Origin: an uncultured virus (IMG/VR IMGVR_UViG_3300021437_000014)
Taxonomy: Duplodnaviria; Heunggongvirae; Uroviricota; Caudoviricetes
DNA length: 64,000 nt
IMG/VR virus record: IMGVR_UViG_3300021437_000014
Reading direction: 5' to 3' (one strand)
Shown: in pieces, positions 36,803 to 46,936 of the stretch
Numbering within the stretch: position 1 is the stretch's first letter
How the letters are laid out: each line of letters begins with the position of its first letter
The notes under the pieces: model-generated
Databases searched by the model: none
The model's input: the letters and a program-made list of their open reading frames with translations, nothing else
Told to the model about the DNA's origin: nothing
Made by a program: the position numbers and the translations under genes

Positions 36803-38865
36803 ATCACAATCAAGTTACTTGCGAAGGTATCAGCAAGTTCTGAGTGCGTCACCAACATCGTCTGTGGAAACCCACTTGCAGATAGGCAGGCTATCATAGC
36901 CTCTTCCCTCACACTGTCACAACCTGCAGCTACTTCATCTAATAGCATGAAGTCTACGTTAGGTAAGAATGTCTTTTGTAGAACAATACGAATAGCTAGA
37001 CCCAATGAGTCCTGTGTAGAGCCACTATAAACAGAGGCAGGTTTACCATCAATCAGAAACTTCGTATCAGACCTTGTGACAGTTGATTGAACACCACGAA
37101 TCTGACTGAACGTATGGCTGACACTTGACAGTACAAGTGCCCACAACTCACGTGCCACAACTGGTCGAATTTCACGCAGCTTTTTGATCAGGGCATTGTT
37201 ACTATTGTATTTCTGCAACATCTCAGACAGGTTGGTTTTCTGTCCTTTCTTCTGCACGTACTGTGTCATGCGTGCAGCGAAAGCGGCTTTGGCTGCACTG
37301 TCTTTTTCACGAATAATTGAAAGATCGTTTCGCATACGTGTGAGTGACTCCCCTTTGGTGCGGATAGAGTCCCAGTCAACCTTGTGCTGGGTAACAAGGT
37401 CAGAATCTCCTAACTCTTGTAGGCTATTCCGAAGGTCTACAAGTTCGGCTCGTATCTTTTCTATATTACGAACTTCAGTTTCATATGTAGCCTTATCTCG
37501 CTCAAACTGAACAAGTTGCTTGCGTCGTGCTGAAAGCTTAGTAGACCAGTCAATATCAGACACTTCAGGTAGTTGTGACGTGAATTCTGCGGTTGCTGGT
37601 GTTGTTGACTCATCAAGCTTCACGTACTTGGCGATACCAGCCATATGTGTAGAGTAAGTATTAGCAGCATTAAGTACGTCTGCATAGCCATGCAATTCTT
37701 TTTGAATCTCCTCCAGGCGTATAGAACATGCCATCGACTTACCACGCAACTCTGCAAGTTTCTCTGCTACTTGCGTATTAACTGCAACAACTTCAGGAAC
37801 GTCTGTCAAGTTTTTTCCACATAACTTGCATGACTCTTCGTTAATCGCAGCAGCCGTAACATGAGCAGTCTCCACGGCGAGTTGTCTGTCAAGTTTAACC
37901 AAGTCAGCCAACTTCAATTTTGCTGCAATCCTGAGATTCTCTACCTCCAACTTTGGTACCGTCAAACGAGACTTTACCAGTTTTTCTGCTTTCTCAAACC
38001 TTGCATATGCCTTGTGAATCTCGTCTGCAGCACCGTGCTCAGCAACCTTGATTTCTAACTCGTCTACTGAAGGACCAGCATAGTTATCTACAGGTTGTAC
38101 AGCGGCACGCTGAGCCTGTTGTAGTCGTACTTCAGCAGCCCTGAGCTTTCCTTCACGCACAGAGTCTGCTGAAATCCTGGCAGAAGCGGCTTTTACAGCC
38201 TCTTGACGGTCACGCCAATTTGATTCTTGTGTGTCTAGCTCCAGTTGGGCAGAAAGAATCGAAATTGACGCACGTTGTATTTCTGCAACATAGTCTGGTG
38301 CATCATCAATAGGCACCTCCAGGTCTGTCATCGTGGAAAGTTGCTGCTCAATCAGCTTCGTGTTACCGCAGGGTAGGTTTTCCTGCACCCGCCCGACGAT
38401 TGTGTCAACCAGGCCCAGGTTGGACAGCTTCTCAATTAGCGCCACGGCAGAGCCATCCAGAGAGCTCTGCAATCCTCCTTGGGATGCCAAGAGGGTAGCC
38501 ATACCCACTGCCATATTCGCGCCTGTCAAACGCTCGACGTGGGCCGTCACCTCGGCTTGCCCAGACACCACCAAGCCCTCGCCTGTCAACTCAGCCCCAC
38601 CCTTGTGTCTGACAATCTTGTAGGAGATACCTGCAATACTAAACTCAAGCGATACACGAAGTGAGCTTACCGGTTTTCCCCAAGTTGCAGTTTCTTCAAG
38701 AGAGTCTGGCAGAGCGCGGCTACCCCAAAAGGCATAACGAATAGCGTGGTAAATGCTACTCTTACCAGCTTCGTTAGCAGCACGGAATACATTGAGACCC
38801 GCTGTGAAGTCTACAGTCAGAGATTCGTGCTTTTTAAAGTTTGTCAGTTCAAGTTTGTGCAACAT
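36799..38865 (-). CDS. SbcC/Rad50-like ATPase
   Basis: LELTNFKKH, ANEAGKSS, CKLC hook, YSGS signature, MLLDE, LVTH. Confidence 0.9.
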   Translation of the reverse strand: MLHKLELTNFKKHESLTVDFTAGLNVFRAANEAGKSSIYHAIRYAFWGSRALPDSLEETATWGKPVSSLRVSLEFSIAGISYKIVRHKGGAELTGEGLVVSGQAEVTAHVERLTGANMAVGMATLLASQGGLQSSLDGSAVALIEKLSNLGLVDTIVGRVQENLPCGNTKLIEQQLSTMTDLEVPIDDAPDYVAEIQRASISILSAQLELDTQESNWRDRQEAVKAASARISADSVREGKLRAAEVRLQQAQRAAVQPVDNYAGPSVDELEIKVAEHGAADEIHKAYARFEKAEKLVKSRLTVPKLEVENLRIAAKLKLADLVKLDRQLAVETAHVTAAAINEESCKLCGKNLTDVPEVVAVNTQVAEKLAELRGKSMACSIRLEEIQKELHGYADVLNAANTYSTHMAGIAKYVKLDESTTPATAEFTSQLPEVSDIDWSTKLSARRKQLVQFERDKATYETEVRNIEKIRAELVDLRNSLQELGDSDLVTQHKVDWDSIRTKGESLTRMRNDLSIIREKDSAAKAAFAARMTQYVQKKGQKTNLSEMLQKYNSNNALIKKLREIRPVVARELWALVLSSVSHTFSQIRGVQSTVTRSDTKFLIDGKPASVYSGSTQDSLGLAIRIVLQKTFLPNVDFMLLDEVAAGCDSVREEAMIACLSASGFPQTMLVTHSELADTFASNLIVI

Positions 38866-39883
38866 AAGGTTCAATCGTTGAAAATTCTTCTGGAGTAAGT
38901 GATCTACGAAGTGCAGCTACAATATCAAAAGACGCTACAGATTCAAGGTTTGCAGAAAATGTTTCAGCAGTGGACTCGTCTGAGATAGTCTCAATCGCAT
39001 TTGAGATTACAAGTGCAGATGACAACGACCTAAACTTGTTCAGTGTGCTGATTGCTGAACCCATCTCGTCTGAGGTTGCAGAACCAGAGACACGAATAAA
39101 CTTTGGCTCTACAGAGACTGAGCCAAGTTCTCTCCATGAAACTTCAAGGAACTCGTCTGAACGTCTTACTGCGGTACGAAGCTCGTGGGCTAGGCTACCT
39201 GTACTGGACTCGTCAATCACGATGTATTTTTTGTCACCTGGAGACAGCCAGTCAGCGACACTTGATGCAATCTGGTTACCTGGCACGATGACCTTACCGG
39301 CGTTTCGTCCGTGGTGTTCATGCCCAAAGACGATGTGCTTGCAGGGTATTGCCTCGGCTTGCTCTGCCGACACATTGAGTGACTGATCAGATTCTGCGGC
39401 AAAGCCGTTGTTGTAATTTGCATGAACAAAGACATAATCACAGGCAGGTACGGAAGCAAGGGCCAAGTTGAACACGTCTTGGTTTCTCAGGTGCGGAATT
39501 ACATAACCATATGGTGTCATCCTAGGTTCTTCAATATGTACATACTGGTCAGGGAACTGCCGCTTCAGAAGCTTACCTAGGAACTGAAATGATGACAATA
39601 CAGTAGAAACCTTGCTAGCATCGTGATTTCCAGCACTATTGTACAACGTACTTGCTGGGTGTTCTTTTAGCCAATCTGCAAGTATCTCGAATGTGATTAA
39701 AACATCGTGAATAGGGATGTTAGATGTATCGAAGGTATCTCCATTGAGTAGACAATCTCCAGTCTCTGGTAGTAAGTCTTTAAACTTGCTAAGAATGTGC
39801 TTTCGTAACTCCCACTGAGTTACTGGAGTTGTACCAGCACTGCGCTGGACTCCGATATGAATGTCATTTAAGACTGTAAGCAT
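38849..39883 (-). CDS. SbcD/Mre11-like metallophosphoesterase nuclease
   Basis: DIHIG, GDTFD, GNHD, GHEH. Confidence 0.9.
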   Translation of the reverse strand: MLTVLNDIHIGVQRSAGTTPVTQWELRKHILSKFKDLLPETGDCLLNGDTFDTSNIPIHDVLITFEILADWLKEHPASTLYNSAGNHDASKVSTVLSSFQFLGKLLKRQFPDQYVHIEEPRMTPYGYVIPHLRNQDVFNLALASVPACDYVFVHANYNNGFAAESDQSLNVSAEQAEAIPCKHIVFGHEHHGRNAGKVIVPGNQIASSVADWLSPGDKKYIVIDESSTGSLAHELRTAVRRSDEFLEVSWRELGSVSVEPKFIRVSGSATSDEMGSAISTLNKFRSLSSALVISNAIETISDESTAETFSANLESVASFDIVAALRRSLTPEEFSTIEPYVAQT

Positions 39884-40292
39884 GTTTTTCAAAAGCCTCT
39901 TCAATTGTTGTAGGTTCTGTGTCTCTTAAGTCCCAACTACCACCTTCACGATTCAGGAAGTAGTCAACTTCATAAGAGCGCCACCTGTCAAGTTTTTCGT
40001 GGTAGACCATAACAAGTGCTCTTGCGCCAGCGCCCTTCCAAAGTCGCATACGCGCAACTTGCCCAGCGTCTACGTTACCATGTGCAAGTCTGAACTCATG
40101 GAGTGTTGACTTGCACTCTACAAGGTACAGAACGCCACCTCGTATGAACAAAAAGTCACATAGTGTTGCCGTGCGACTTCCTGCATGTGCGTCTGGAATC
40201 CTGAAAAAGGCCGAGTCTACCTTGCTAGATAAACTCTCCAGATGCTTTTTAAGCTTGCTCTCAGCAAGCTTTCCGCGATTGGCTGTGGTCAT
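39864..40292 (-). CDS. Holliday junction resolvase (PD-(D/E)xK, RecU-like)
   Basis: NRGKLAE...CDF...VECKS. Confidence 0.7.
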   Translation of the reverse strand: MTTANRGKLAESKLKKHLESLSSKVDSAFFRIPDAHAGSRTATLCDFLFIRGGVLYLVECKSTLHEFRLAHGNVDAGQVARMRLWKGAGARALVMVYHEKLDRWRSYEVDYFLNREGGSWDLRDTEPTTIEEAFEKHAYSLK

Positions 40293-40927
40293 TGTTCAGA
40301 AAAGAACGCTTCGTATGTCACCGGAGCAACAGACTTGAACAACTCACCCACTTGCTGAGCAATTTCACGATGTTCTTTTTGTGTGGATGGATGCAGTCGT
40401 GACCGCAGGTAGTGAATCCAGCTTCTAAAGTTGCCATTGAAGTAGAGGCGGCTTGGAGTATTACCTTCTGGCAAGAAGCAACGGGCCTGTTCTTTTGCAA
40501 TTCCTCGTTCAAGGGCTTCTTTGTATAGGCCTACTGCTGCTGCGTTGTTGACTTCTTGAGCTTCTCTAAACCAGGTTGCCGTGTCTTCATCTGTGCAGGT
40601 TAAGCTATTCTGCCTATTCTTACTATCCTGCATACGAGGCTCAAGCACAATGAACTCACCTAATTCACTCACATCTGCATAACGCTGGCTAAATTCTTGC
40701 ACAGCGAGAGTCCAGTGACGTAGAAACTGCCTACCAATCGCTCTACTTGTGTTCACCTCTACACACATATTACACATTGTGAATGGGCTTACATGACCTT
40801 CACGTTCCATGTAGCGTAGAAGACCTACAATGTTTTCATTACCCTGGTTGCTTGGGTTACTGACCCTTGCAATGTAAGCAAGTAGCTTGTCTGCGTCTGG
40901 GGTTGCCCATACAAGTTTAACTGTCAT
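40289..40927 (-). CDS. thyX: Flavin-dependent thymidylate synthase
   Basis: HVSPF, RQFLRHW-x7-SQRY, ARCFLP, NFRSWIH, TQKEHR. Confidence 0.92.
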   Translation of the reverse strand: MTVKLVWATPDADKLLAYIARVSNPSNQGNENIVGLLRYMEREGHVSPFTMCNMCVEVNTSRAIGRQFLRHWTLAVQEFSQRYADVSELGEFIVLEPRMQDSKNRQNSLTCTDEDTATWFREAQEVNNAAAVGLYKEALERGIAKEQARCFLPEGNTPSRLYFNGNFRSWIHYLRSRLHPSTQKEHREIAQQVGELFKSVAPVTYEAFFSEQ

Positions 40928-43900
40928 TTTGATTTGCCTTTCCAAGTGCCTTGTTAATATTTTCTATAGAGAAATCACCGTCAAGTTCAATCTGTTCTCC
41001 AAAGTTCGGTCCTAGACTGCATGACGATCTTACAGGTATCTGCATGGTGCCGTAAGGTGCTGTCATCAAGGCGTGGGCCTCTGGTATGAACTGTAGTAGG
41101 TCAGAGGTTGCAACGCTCCAAATAACCTCATCATGGCAGGGGCCTATATACTTACAGTCGTACTTACTAAGTAACCCAGCTTTCCACATACGACCTTCAG
41201 CCAGCTTTGTCTGCTCTGCGGCAGAACCTTGAATACGATACGACAGTGTTTGCCTAGGTGCTTTAGACGCTACCATACGATCTGAAGACATTATCTGCTC
41301 TCGCAGATGCCTCACAGCTCCAAGTACGGTGTGAACCTTTCCAGTAGACTTAACAGCTTCCATCTCATTCAGTGACCATTCCTCAACCACAGGAAATGCA
41401 TCAGCCTTTGCGTCCAACATAGCCTGCGCCTCCGCTTCAGTAACGTACAGCATAAGTGATAGCTTCTTGGCTGCTATACGATACTGACTACCGAACCCTA
41501 CTGCCTTACCAAGCGCCCTCGATTTCTTCAGCTTCTTTTGCTCTGGAGTTGCGTCGCCCTTTAAGACAGATGTAAATTCATCATAGCTATACTCGGTACC
41601 ATGCATCCGGTTATGAATACCTACACCAGTCATACTGTGCATATCTGTCAACTTGTCACCCACAAAGCAGGACAACATTCCTGGGTCTTGTGACCAGTGT
41701 GCCATTAAAACAAGTTCCTGCGACGAGAAGTCGAGTGATACTATCACAGCGTCTTTCTTGTGTGGGACGTAAAGCTCACGGACCTTGGGAGAGAATCCTT
41801 CAACTTTCTCATTCTTGGAGAGTTGCTGCAGGTTTGGCTTGGACGACGAGGCCCGCCGCGTGTTTGTGGCACACTGGTTGTGACTGCTGTGTACGCGACC
41901 AGTCTTCCAATGCACAAACTTTGGCAGTGGTTCGTAAAACAGACCAAATCGCGTGTTGACCATCTTGATCAGGCGCAGCGACTCCAGCACAGACTTGAGT
42001 TCCTCATCACAGTCTAGCAAGGCATATGAGATTGCCAAGTTATCTGTCTTTGGTGTACCTACCTTGAGTCCAGCCTTACGCATGGAGTCAGTTGGTGCGT
42101 TATAGACCTTGATCGGAAGCCCCATCGTCTCGTACATGAGCTTCTGCATCTGCTTAGGTGAGCCTATGTTTAGTTCAGGTCTACCGCTGAAGTTCAGCGC
42201 CACAAGTTTGTTCAGAAAGTCGAAGTCACCGCCGATGGCAGACTCAATCGCAAGCCTCAGTCGGCTATCCTGAATCAACGCAAGCAACTTGGATGGGGTC
42301 CTGACTGCAGTTTCAAGTTCCTCACCTGTCACGATCTTGTGCGCCAACTTGATTCCTGCCGGAGTTAGTTCTGTAAATACAGGGCAAACAGAGCCATCCC
42401 AACCCTTTGAAATAAGGTAAGTGTCAAGTATAGCCTGTGAAGACTTCAGGGTTTCTGTATCCTCCTGGATAAGTTCTGCCCTCTTTGCAAGATCAACACG
42501 AGCACCCGAGACAAACGCCGCAGCGTGTAGGTAGCTGGCGTCAATCTCCACTGACTCCAATACATGCGCTGTATGTTCGAGTTCTGTGAACAGGCGGCAG
42601 AAGTTGTAGATGCCAGCCGTTGTCACTGTATCATCACAGGCGTAGTCAAAGACATGCTGTGCGCTAAGTTCAGCCATCTTGTACTGGCGAGCTTCAAGAG
42701 TCTCTTCACCTTCCTGCACAAGTCCAACAAACTTGCCACCAGATATAGTCCCTGGAGTACCTCTCATGGTCGTCGTGGTATTGTAGTCAACTTGGGTGTA
42801 ATCCAACCATTTCTTAGATAGGTGCTTTAGTCCAAGTTTATCGTTCTCGTCTACATAAGAGGCCCAGAACCTTGTATCTGTCCAGTTTGGTAGGAATCCG
42901 TGATACCCGTTATCAAGCAGCTCTGCTCCCCACTCGTTATACAGCACAGGCCCTTCAAAGTTCGTGTTGTGTATGACAAGTTTGATACCTGTGCGTTTGC
43001 AAACCCCAGCAAGCCAGTCACGCAGGTGCTCACTCTTGACGTTGTTTGTCGATGCATGGCCTACTGGTATATACACTGTATAGTGCATATTCTTACCAAA
43101 TGTAAGAGACATACCAGTCAACTTTGACCCAATAACATCCACGCCATTAGGGTCTCCAAGGACTTCAAGCCAGTCATCCGACTCTGCTGGAGTCGAAGTT
43201 TCAATATCAAGGGCCATCCAGGGACGCTGCTTGATCTGGTTTTCAGCCCAGGCTGTAAAGGCTTCCCACTTGTCGGCTGTCACAAGGCGGCGCACACCGG
43301 CCCACTGCCGCAGGCGCTCATCGTCCACCTTACCGTGGACCATCCCCGGCTCCCACTTGAGAGGATTCTCCATCGTGTCCACCCAGTTTGGGTAGATCGA
43401 AGCCAACTTGTAACTGCGGCGCATATCCGCAGAGCCTTCAAAAATTTTCTTTACCAGCTTGTCTTGCTGAGCATCTTCATACAAGCTATCGAATCCACCT
43501 TTCATAGCGAGCCTGTCAAGCATCTCCAGGCCTTCAACGCCAAAGCGTGAAACGACCTGCTCCCAAGCCTTCGGCCCAAAGCCTGGAATGCCAGAGATGT
43601 TGTCCGAAGAGTCACCTACCATTGACTTGTAGAGCGTCACGAATTTGAAGGGGAAGTCCCCGTACTTGTTGACACCAAGCATCCCGTTGACCCGCACTGC
43701 AACTTCTGCCCCGTAAGTGTTGCGTCCATTGAGTACAGACAAGTCGTTGTCGTTTGTGACAATAATCAGGTCATCCTCTGTATGCTGTGCAAGGTATGCA
43801 AGTGTGTCGTCGCCTTCTGCAAAGTCTTGTGTAAGAAAAATTGACCCTAGGCTTCTGAAAACCTGCTTGATCTTGTCGCGCAGTTTCAGGAATTCTTGGT

Positions 43901-44183
43901 ACTCTTGGTCAGGCTTCTCTCCACGAGAGGCCTTGTAATTCTTGTCGATGTTCAGTCGTGGCATCTTGCTACCTGCACCTTCTTGTGCAAAGATAGCGTC
44001 AATCGGAGTTAAATTATATTCCTTTAAGGCTGCAACAATAAGACTCACAGCATTTTCATATCCGTGTGCTGCCGAGTTTACCCAAACCTTCTTATCTCCA
44101 ACAAGAACCTCTTGCCCCTCAGCATCCTTGCCTACTTTTAGGCTTGTCCATAAAACACTCGAAAGGTCGAAAGCTATACGCAT
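40917..44183 (-). CDS. Family A DNA polymerase with 5'-3' and 3'-5' exonuclease domains
   Basis: EGDD, GDSSDNISGIPGFG, LDIET, HN, YACDD, motif A DFSSQEL, motif C HDE; GGAG RBS. Confidence 0.92.
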   Translation of the reverse strand: MRIAFDLSSVLWTSLKVGKDAEGQEVLVGDKKVWVNSAAHGYENAVSLIVAALKEYNLTPIDAIFAQEGAGSKMPRLNIDKNYKASRGEKPDQEYQEFLKLRDKIKQVFRSLGSIFLTQDFAEGDDTLAYLAQHTEDDLIIVTNDNDLSVLNGRNTYGAEVAVRVNGMLGVNKYGDFPFKFVTLYKSMVGDSSDNISGIPGFGPKAWEQVVSRFGVEGLEMLDRLAMKGGFDSLYEDAQQDKLVKKIFEGSADMRRSYKLASIYPNWVDTMENPLKWEPGMVHGKVDDERLRQWAGVRRLVTADKWEAFTAWAENQIKQRPWMALDIETSTPAESDDWLEVLGDPNGVDVIGSKLTGMSLTFGKNMHYTVYIPVGHASTNNVKSEHLRDWLAGVCKRTGIKLVIHNTNFEGPVLYNEWGAELLDNGYHGFLPNWTDTRFWASYVDENDKLGLKHLSKKWLDYTQVDYNTTTTMRGTPGTISGGKFVGLVQEGEETLEARQYKMAELSAQHVFDYACDDTVTTAGIYNFCRLFTELEHTAHVLESVEIDASYLHAAAFVSGARVDLAKRAELIQEDTETLKSSQAILDTYLISKGWDGSVCPVFTELTPAGIKLAHKIVTGEELETAVRTPSKLLALIQDSRLRLAIESAIGGDFDFLNKLVALNFSGRPELNIGSPKQMQKLMYETMGLPIKVYNAPTDSMRKAGLKVGTPKTDNLAISYALLDCDEELKSVLESLRLIKMVNTRFGLFYEPLPKFVHWKTGRVHSSHNQCATNTRRASSSKPNLQQLSKNEKVEGFSPKVRELYVPHKKDAVIVSLDFSSQELVLMAHWSQDPGMLSCFVGDKLTDMHSMTGVGIHNRMHGTEYSYDEFTSVLKGDATPEQKKLKKSRALGKAVGFGSQYRIAAKKLSLMLYVTEAEAQAMLDAKADAFPVVEEWSLNEMEAVKSTGKVHTVLGAVRHLREQIMSSDRMVASKAPRQTLSYRIQGSAAEQTKLAEGRMWKAGLLSKYDCKYIGPCHDEVIWSVATSDLLQFIPEAHALMTAPYGTMQIPVRSSCSLGPNFGEQIELDGDFSIENINKALGKANQNDS

Positions 44184-44195
44184 AAAATCTCCATG

Positions 44196-44227
44196 AAAAA
44201 GCCAGATCAACGATTAGTTGATCTGGC
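44196..44227 (-). terminator. Intrinsic terminator upstream of the polymerase gene
   Basis: GCCAGATCAAC/GTTGATCTGGC stem followed by T5 on the minus strand. Confidence 0.7.
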
Positions 44228-44244
44228 ACTTACAATACTGACAC

Positions 44245-44757
44245 TTACAGCCACTTCAGGAGTTGAAAAACCCTACCATGTAGAACTTCAAGTGTTCCAC
44301 CATTTGGCAAAACCCAATCGCTGTCGTGCTTCAGAATTCCGTTCTCTGATGCATGTGTTGCATTTTCACCACTCACCGTCGTCTCTCGCCCAATGATGTG
44401 GATGATTCGACCACCGCGTGAACGTACCCAACTCGCCTCGTTCTCAAAGCGAACGTCGGTCACGACAACCCGAGGTACTGAACCGACCCGTAGTTCCGCT
44501 TGCTTGAGCCAGAAGTCAGGGTCAATAACCCTTGCCCACTCTGTACCCAGTTTTTGAATTGCGGTGCGGTATGAGAAAGGGTAGCCTGGTATCAGGGCCT
44601 CTTTCTCTTCCCTTGTTCTCGGCTCAATAAGCCCAACCACGGCAAGCATCTCTTTCAGAGGAGCTGCCATTGCATAAGGTGTATAGCCGTAGCCCGACAA
44701 GAATTTGCCAACGGTGTCTTTGCCCACACCGGCTGGGCCAGTCAAGCCCAGCAGCAT
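44245..44757 (-). CDS. Deoxynucleoside monophosphate kinase
   Basis: GPAGVGKDT, QKLGTEW, TDVRFENE, HASE. Confidence 0.9.
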   Translation of the reverse strand: MLLGLTGPAGVGKDTVGKFLSGYGYTPYAMAAPLKEMLAVVGLIEPRTREEKEALIPGYPFSYRTAIQKLGTEWARVIDPDFWLKQAELRVGSVPRVVVTDVRFENEASWVRSRGGRIIHIIGRETTVSGENATHASENGILKHDSDWVLPNGGTLEVLHGRVFQLLKWL

Positions 44758-45198
44758 TTAGTACAACCCATCAAGGTTTGGCTTGCGGTACGTGGCATAG
44801 TTCTTAGAAATCTTGCCGTTAGCGTCGAAGATAGGATTTCCGTCAGAGTCGAATTTGCTGAAGTTACTAGAGTTAACTTCAGCAATAGCTTCTTCAACCT
44901 TCATACCTGCCATGTAGGCAGAGCCAGTGGCTGTGACAATCTGATCACAGATTGCGTCTAAGAACTCACGGCGATCTGTAATCTCAAGTCCGGCTATGCC
45001 AGTCTTCAAGGCCGTAGATAACTTCAACATTGACCGTTCGGCCTCGTTGATGAGGTTCTCTGAGAACATATCCGTACCCTTAAGAGTCTCCAGTAGTTCA
45101 CCAGTTTCCTCGAAGTGACAGGCAAGTTGTACCTCAAGGTTCCGCTTGTTAGGCTCAGGTACTGCCCGCTTGAACCAGAGGTTGATCAGATCAATCAT
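44758..45198 (-). CDS. MazG-like/PRA-PH NTP pyrophosphohydrolase
   Basis: EETGE, DAICD, EVNSSNFSKF, GKISK...YRKPNL. Confidence 0.85.
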   Translation of the reverse strand: MIDLINLWFKRAVPEPNKRNLEVQLACHFEETGELLETLKGTDMFSENLINEAERSMLKLSTALKTGIAGLEITDRREFLDAICDQIVTATGSAYMAGMKVEEAIAEVNSSNFSKFDSDGNPIFDANGKISKNYATYRKPNLDGLY

Positions 45199-45439
45199 TG
45201 TTTGCTTTCTGTGTTTGAATTTCAGTGTAGCCAGGTGTACGAATAGTTTGAATTTCAGTGTAGCCAGGTGTACGAATAGTTTGAATTTCAGTGTAGCCAG
45301 GTGTACGAATAGTTTGCCTATTAGCAGCAGTAATGATCAACAAACCTTCGCTAGTCTTCTTGCAGAAGAGCCTATAACCATTCCATATGAAGCACATAAA
45401 CTTAGCATAGTGCAGCTTCTTTTGCTTCCGCATAGTCAT
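45191..45439 (-). CDS. Hypothetical protein with 11-aa repeats
   Basis: Overlaps both neighbours; QTIRTPGYTEI x3. Confidence 0.5.
   Translation of the reverse strand: MTMRKQKKLHYAKFMCFIWNGYRLFCKKTSEGLLIITAANRQTIRTPGYTEIQTIRTPGYTEIQTIRTPGYTEIQTQKANND
45213..45316. repeat. 33-bp perfect tandem repeat, 3 copies plus 5 nt
   Basis: GTTTGAATTTCAGTGTAGCCAGGTGTACGAATA. Confidence 0.97.
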
Positions 45440-46077
45440 ACTGTATTTAACCTTTCAAGTGTATAACGCAGGTCAGCGTTCAGGTCTGGCTGGCTTTCCA
45501 GCCACATACGATAGCCTTTCGGCACCTGCAACATGGGCTTGCCCTTGTGAACGCCGAAAGGCATTTTAGCCAGCATTTTGGGTTGGCTCTGCCGTTCGAT
45601 CAAAGTTTCTAGCGAGGCCTCGGTCAGCGTCAGACAGTGCTTGAGAACATCCAGTGTCGTGTAAACGTCACCTAAAGCCGAATGCGACTTTTGCTCAGGT
45701 AAGCTCAACTCTCTCTGAAGAGTCTCAAGTTTGTGGTTTGTCGTGCCGACCACAAGTTCTCTTGCAAGTTTCAGTACGCAGAACTTCTTTGCCGGGACGA
45801 TATGTGGCTTTATCATCCTAACGTCGAAGTCTACGTTATACGCAAGCATTGTGATGCCTTCTGGTAGCATCTCTTTGATAGTGCCAAGCGTAGGGGCAAA
45901 AGCCACGTCATCGTCTGAGATGCCGTGAACAGCAAAAGCGCCAGGGTCGATATGGCGTTCAGGATTAACCTTGGATACGAATTCTGATAGAACAGTCAAG
46001 TCCTTGTCGATTTCTAACCAAGCAATTTCTACAACACCTCCCTGGAGGGAGGCTGTTTCTGTGTCTATGATGAACAT
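45436..46077 (-). CDS. DEDDh 3'-5' exonuclease (ExoX-like)
   Basis: IDTET, AYNVDFD, HSALGDV, C-terminal MPFGVHKG. Confidence 0.88.
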   Translation of the reverse strand: MFIIDTETASLQGGVVEIAWLEIDKDLTVLSEFVSKVNPERHIDPGAFAVHGISDDDVAFAPTLGTIKEMLPEGITMLAYNVDFDVRMIKPHIVPAKKFCVLKLARELVVGTTNHKLETLQRELSLPEQKSHSALGDVYTTLDVLKHCLTLTEASLETLIERQSQPKMLAKMPFGVHKGKPMLQVPKGYRMWLESQPDLNADLRYTLERLNTV

Positions 46078-46082
46078 ACAGT

Positions 46083-46105
46083 AAAGCCGGTGTTACCCGG
46101 CTTTT
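46083..46105. terminator. Bidirectional-type terminator hairpin
   Basis: AAAGCCGG-TGTTAC-CCGGCTTT. Confidence 0.7.
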
Positions 46106-46110
46106 GATGT

Positions 46111-46860
46111 TTAAGCCGCATCAGCTACGAAGAACTTTGCGAGTGTAAATTCGTTGGTACCGTTCATTGCAGATTCAGCAACTGCTCGTACACGCAACAG
46201 TTGGTCAGGTGTAACCTTACCAGCACGTACCATGAACGCAGAGTTTGCCATGTAGCGATTCCACTGCACACGTGAAGTGGGAGACAAGTCAAACTGCACC
46301 AGAGCACCTACAAGGTCAGAGGCTTTGCTTGTGGACTCGATAGCGCCCACAAGCACCACGCGAGGCTTGATCGAAGCCTTGGGGTATCCATTGGTCTTCA
46401 GCCAGTGCAGATGCTCTTGCACGCTTGTGCCGTCGCTGCAGGTCAAGCCATCGTCGGAGTAGCGTACCACGTCTTGAGGCGCTTTGTCGTCGCCAGGGCT
46501 GACCACAAAACTATCTTGGAACGACAGCACCTCAAACACCACCTCGTCACCCAGGGACTTATTTGTCTCACGTGACTTGAAGTTACCCTGACTTGCGATG
46601 ATCGACTCAAGTGTGTTGTACTCGACCCGCATGGCATTCTGTAGAGGTGACAGCACATTCACCAGAGGCATCCGTTCTTTCAGAGCATACTGTGGTGGAA
46701 TTGCAACAGCCGTTGTTTTTGGAGCGGCAGTTTGTGGCTCACTTTTTGGTTCCGACTCAACTTGAGGCTCACCGTTGGGTGCTGCGTTAGTCATAACGTC
46801 GTCTTCGGCTTCAAAAGAAGGGGTTGCAGACTTGTTTGCTTCGGTTTTCAAAAGGGACAT
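46111..46860 (-). CDS. Putative ssDNA-binding or replication accessory protein
   Basis: Position in replication module; own promoter (TGtTAGAAT) and terminator; QFDLSPTS motif. Confidence 0.45.
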   Translation of the reverse strand: MSLLKTEANKSATPSFEAEDDVMTNAAPNGEPQVESEPKSEPQTAAPKTTAVAIPPQYALKERMPLVNVLSPLQNAMRVEYNTLESIIASQGNFKSRETNKSLGDEVVFEVLSFQDSFVVSPGDDKAPQDVVRYSDDGLTCSDGTSVQEHLHWLKTNGYPKASIKPRVVLVGAIESTSKASDLVGALVQFDLSPTSRVQWNRYMANSAFMVRAGKVTPDQLLRVRAVAESAMNGTNEFTLAKFFVADAA

Positions 46861-46936
46861 TTTTCGCTTTCAGTTAAGTTCTCGCCGTTCTTTCCGACGT
46901 GTCAACCATCGAGATGACGGTAAATTCTAACACATT

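Noticed and set aside
40917..45198. 2-aminoadenine (Z) or other base-modification system
   Set aside because: MazG-like gene present but no PurZ, DatZ-like HD hydrolase or deazaguanine genes in the window
45213..45316. 33-bp repeat as a mini CRISPR array
   Set aside because: Copies are contiguous with no spacers; no cas genes
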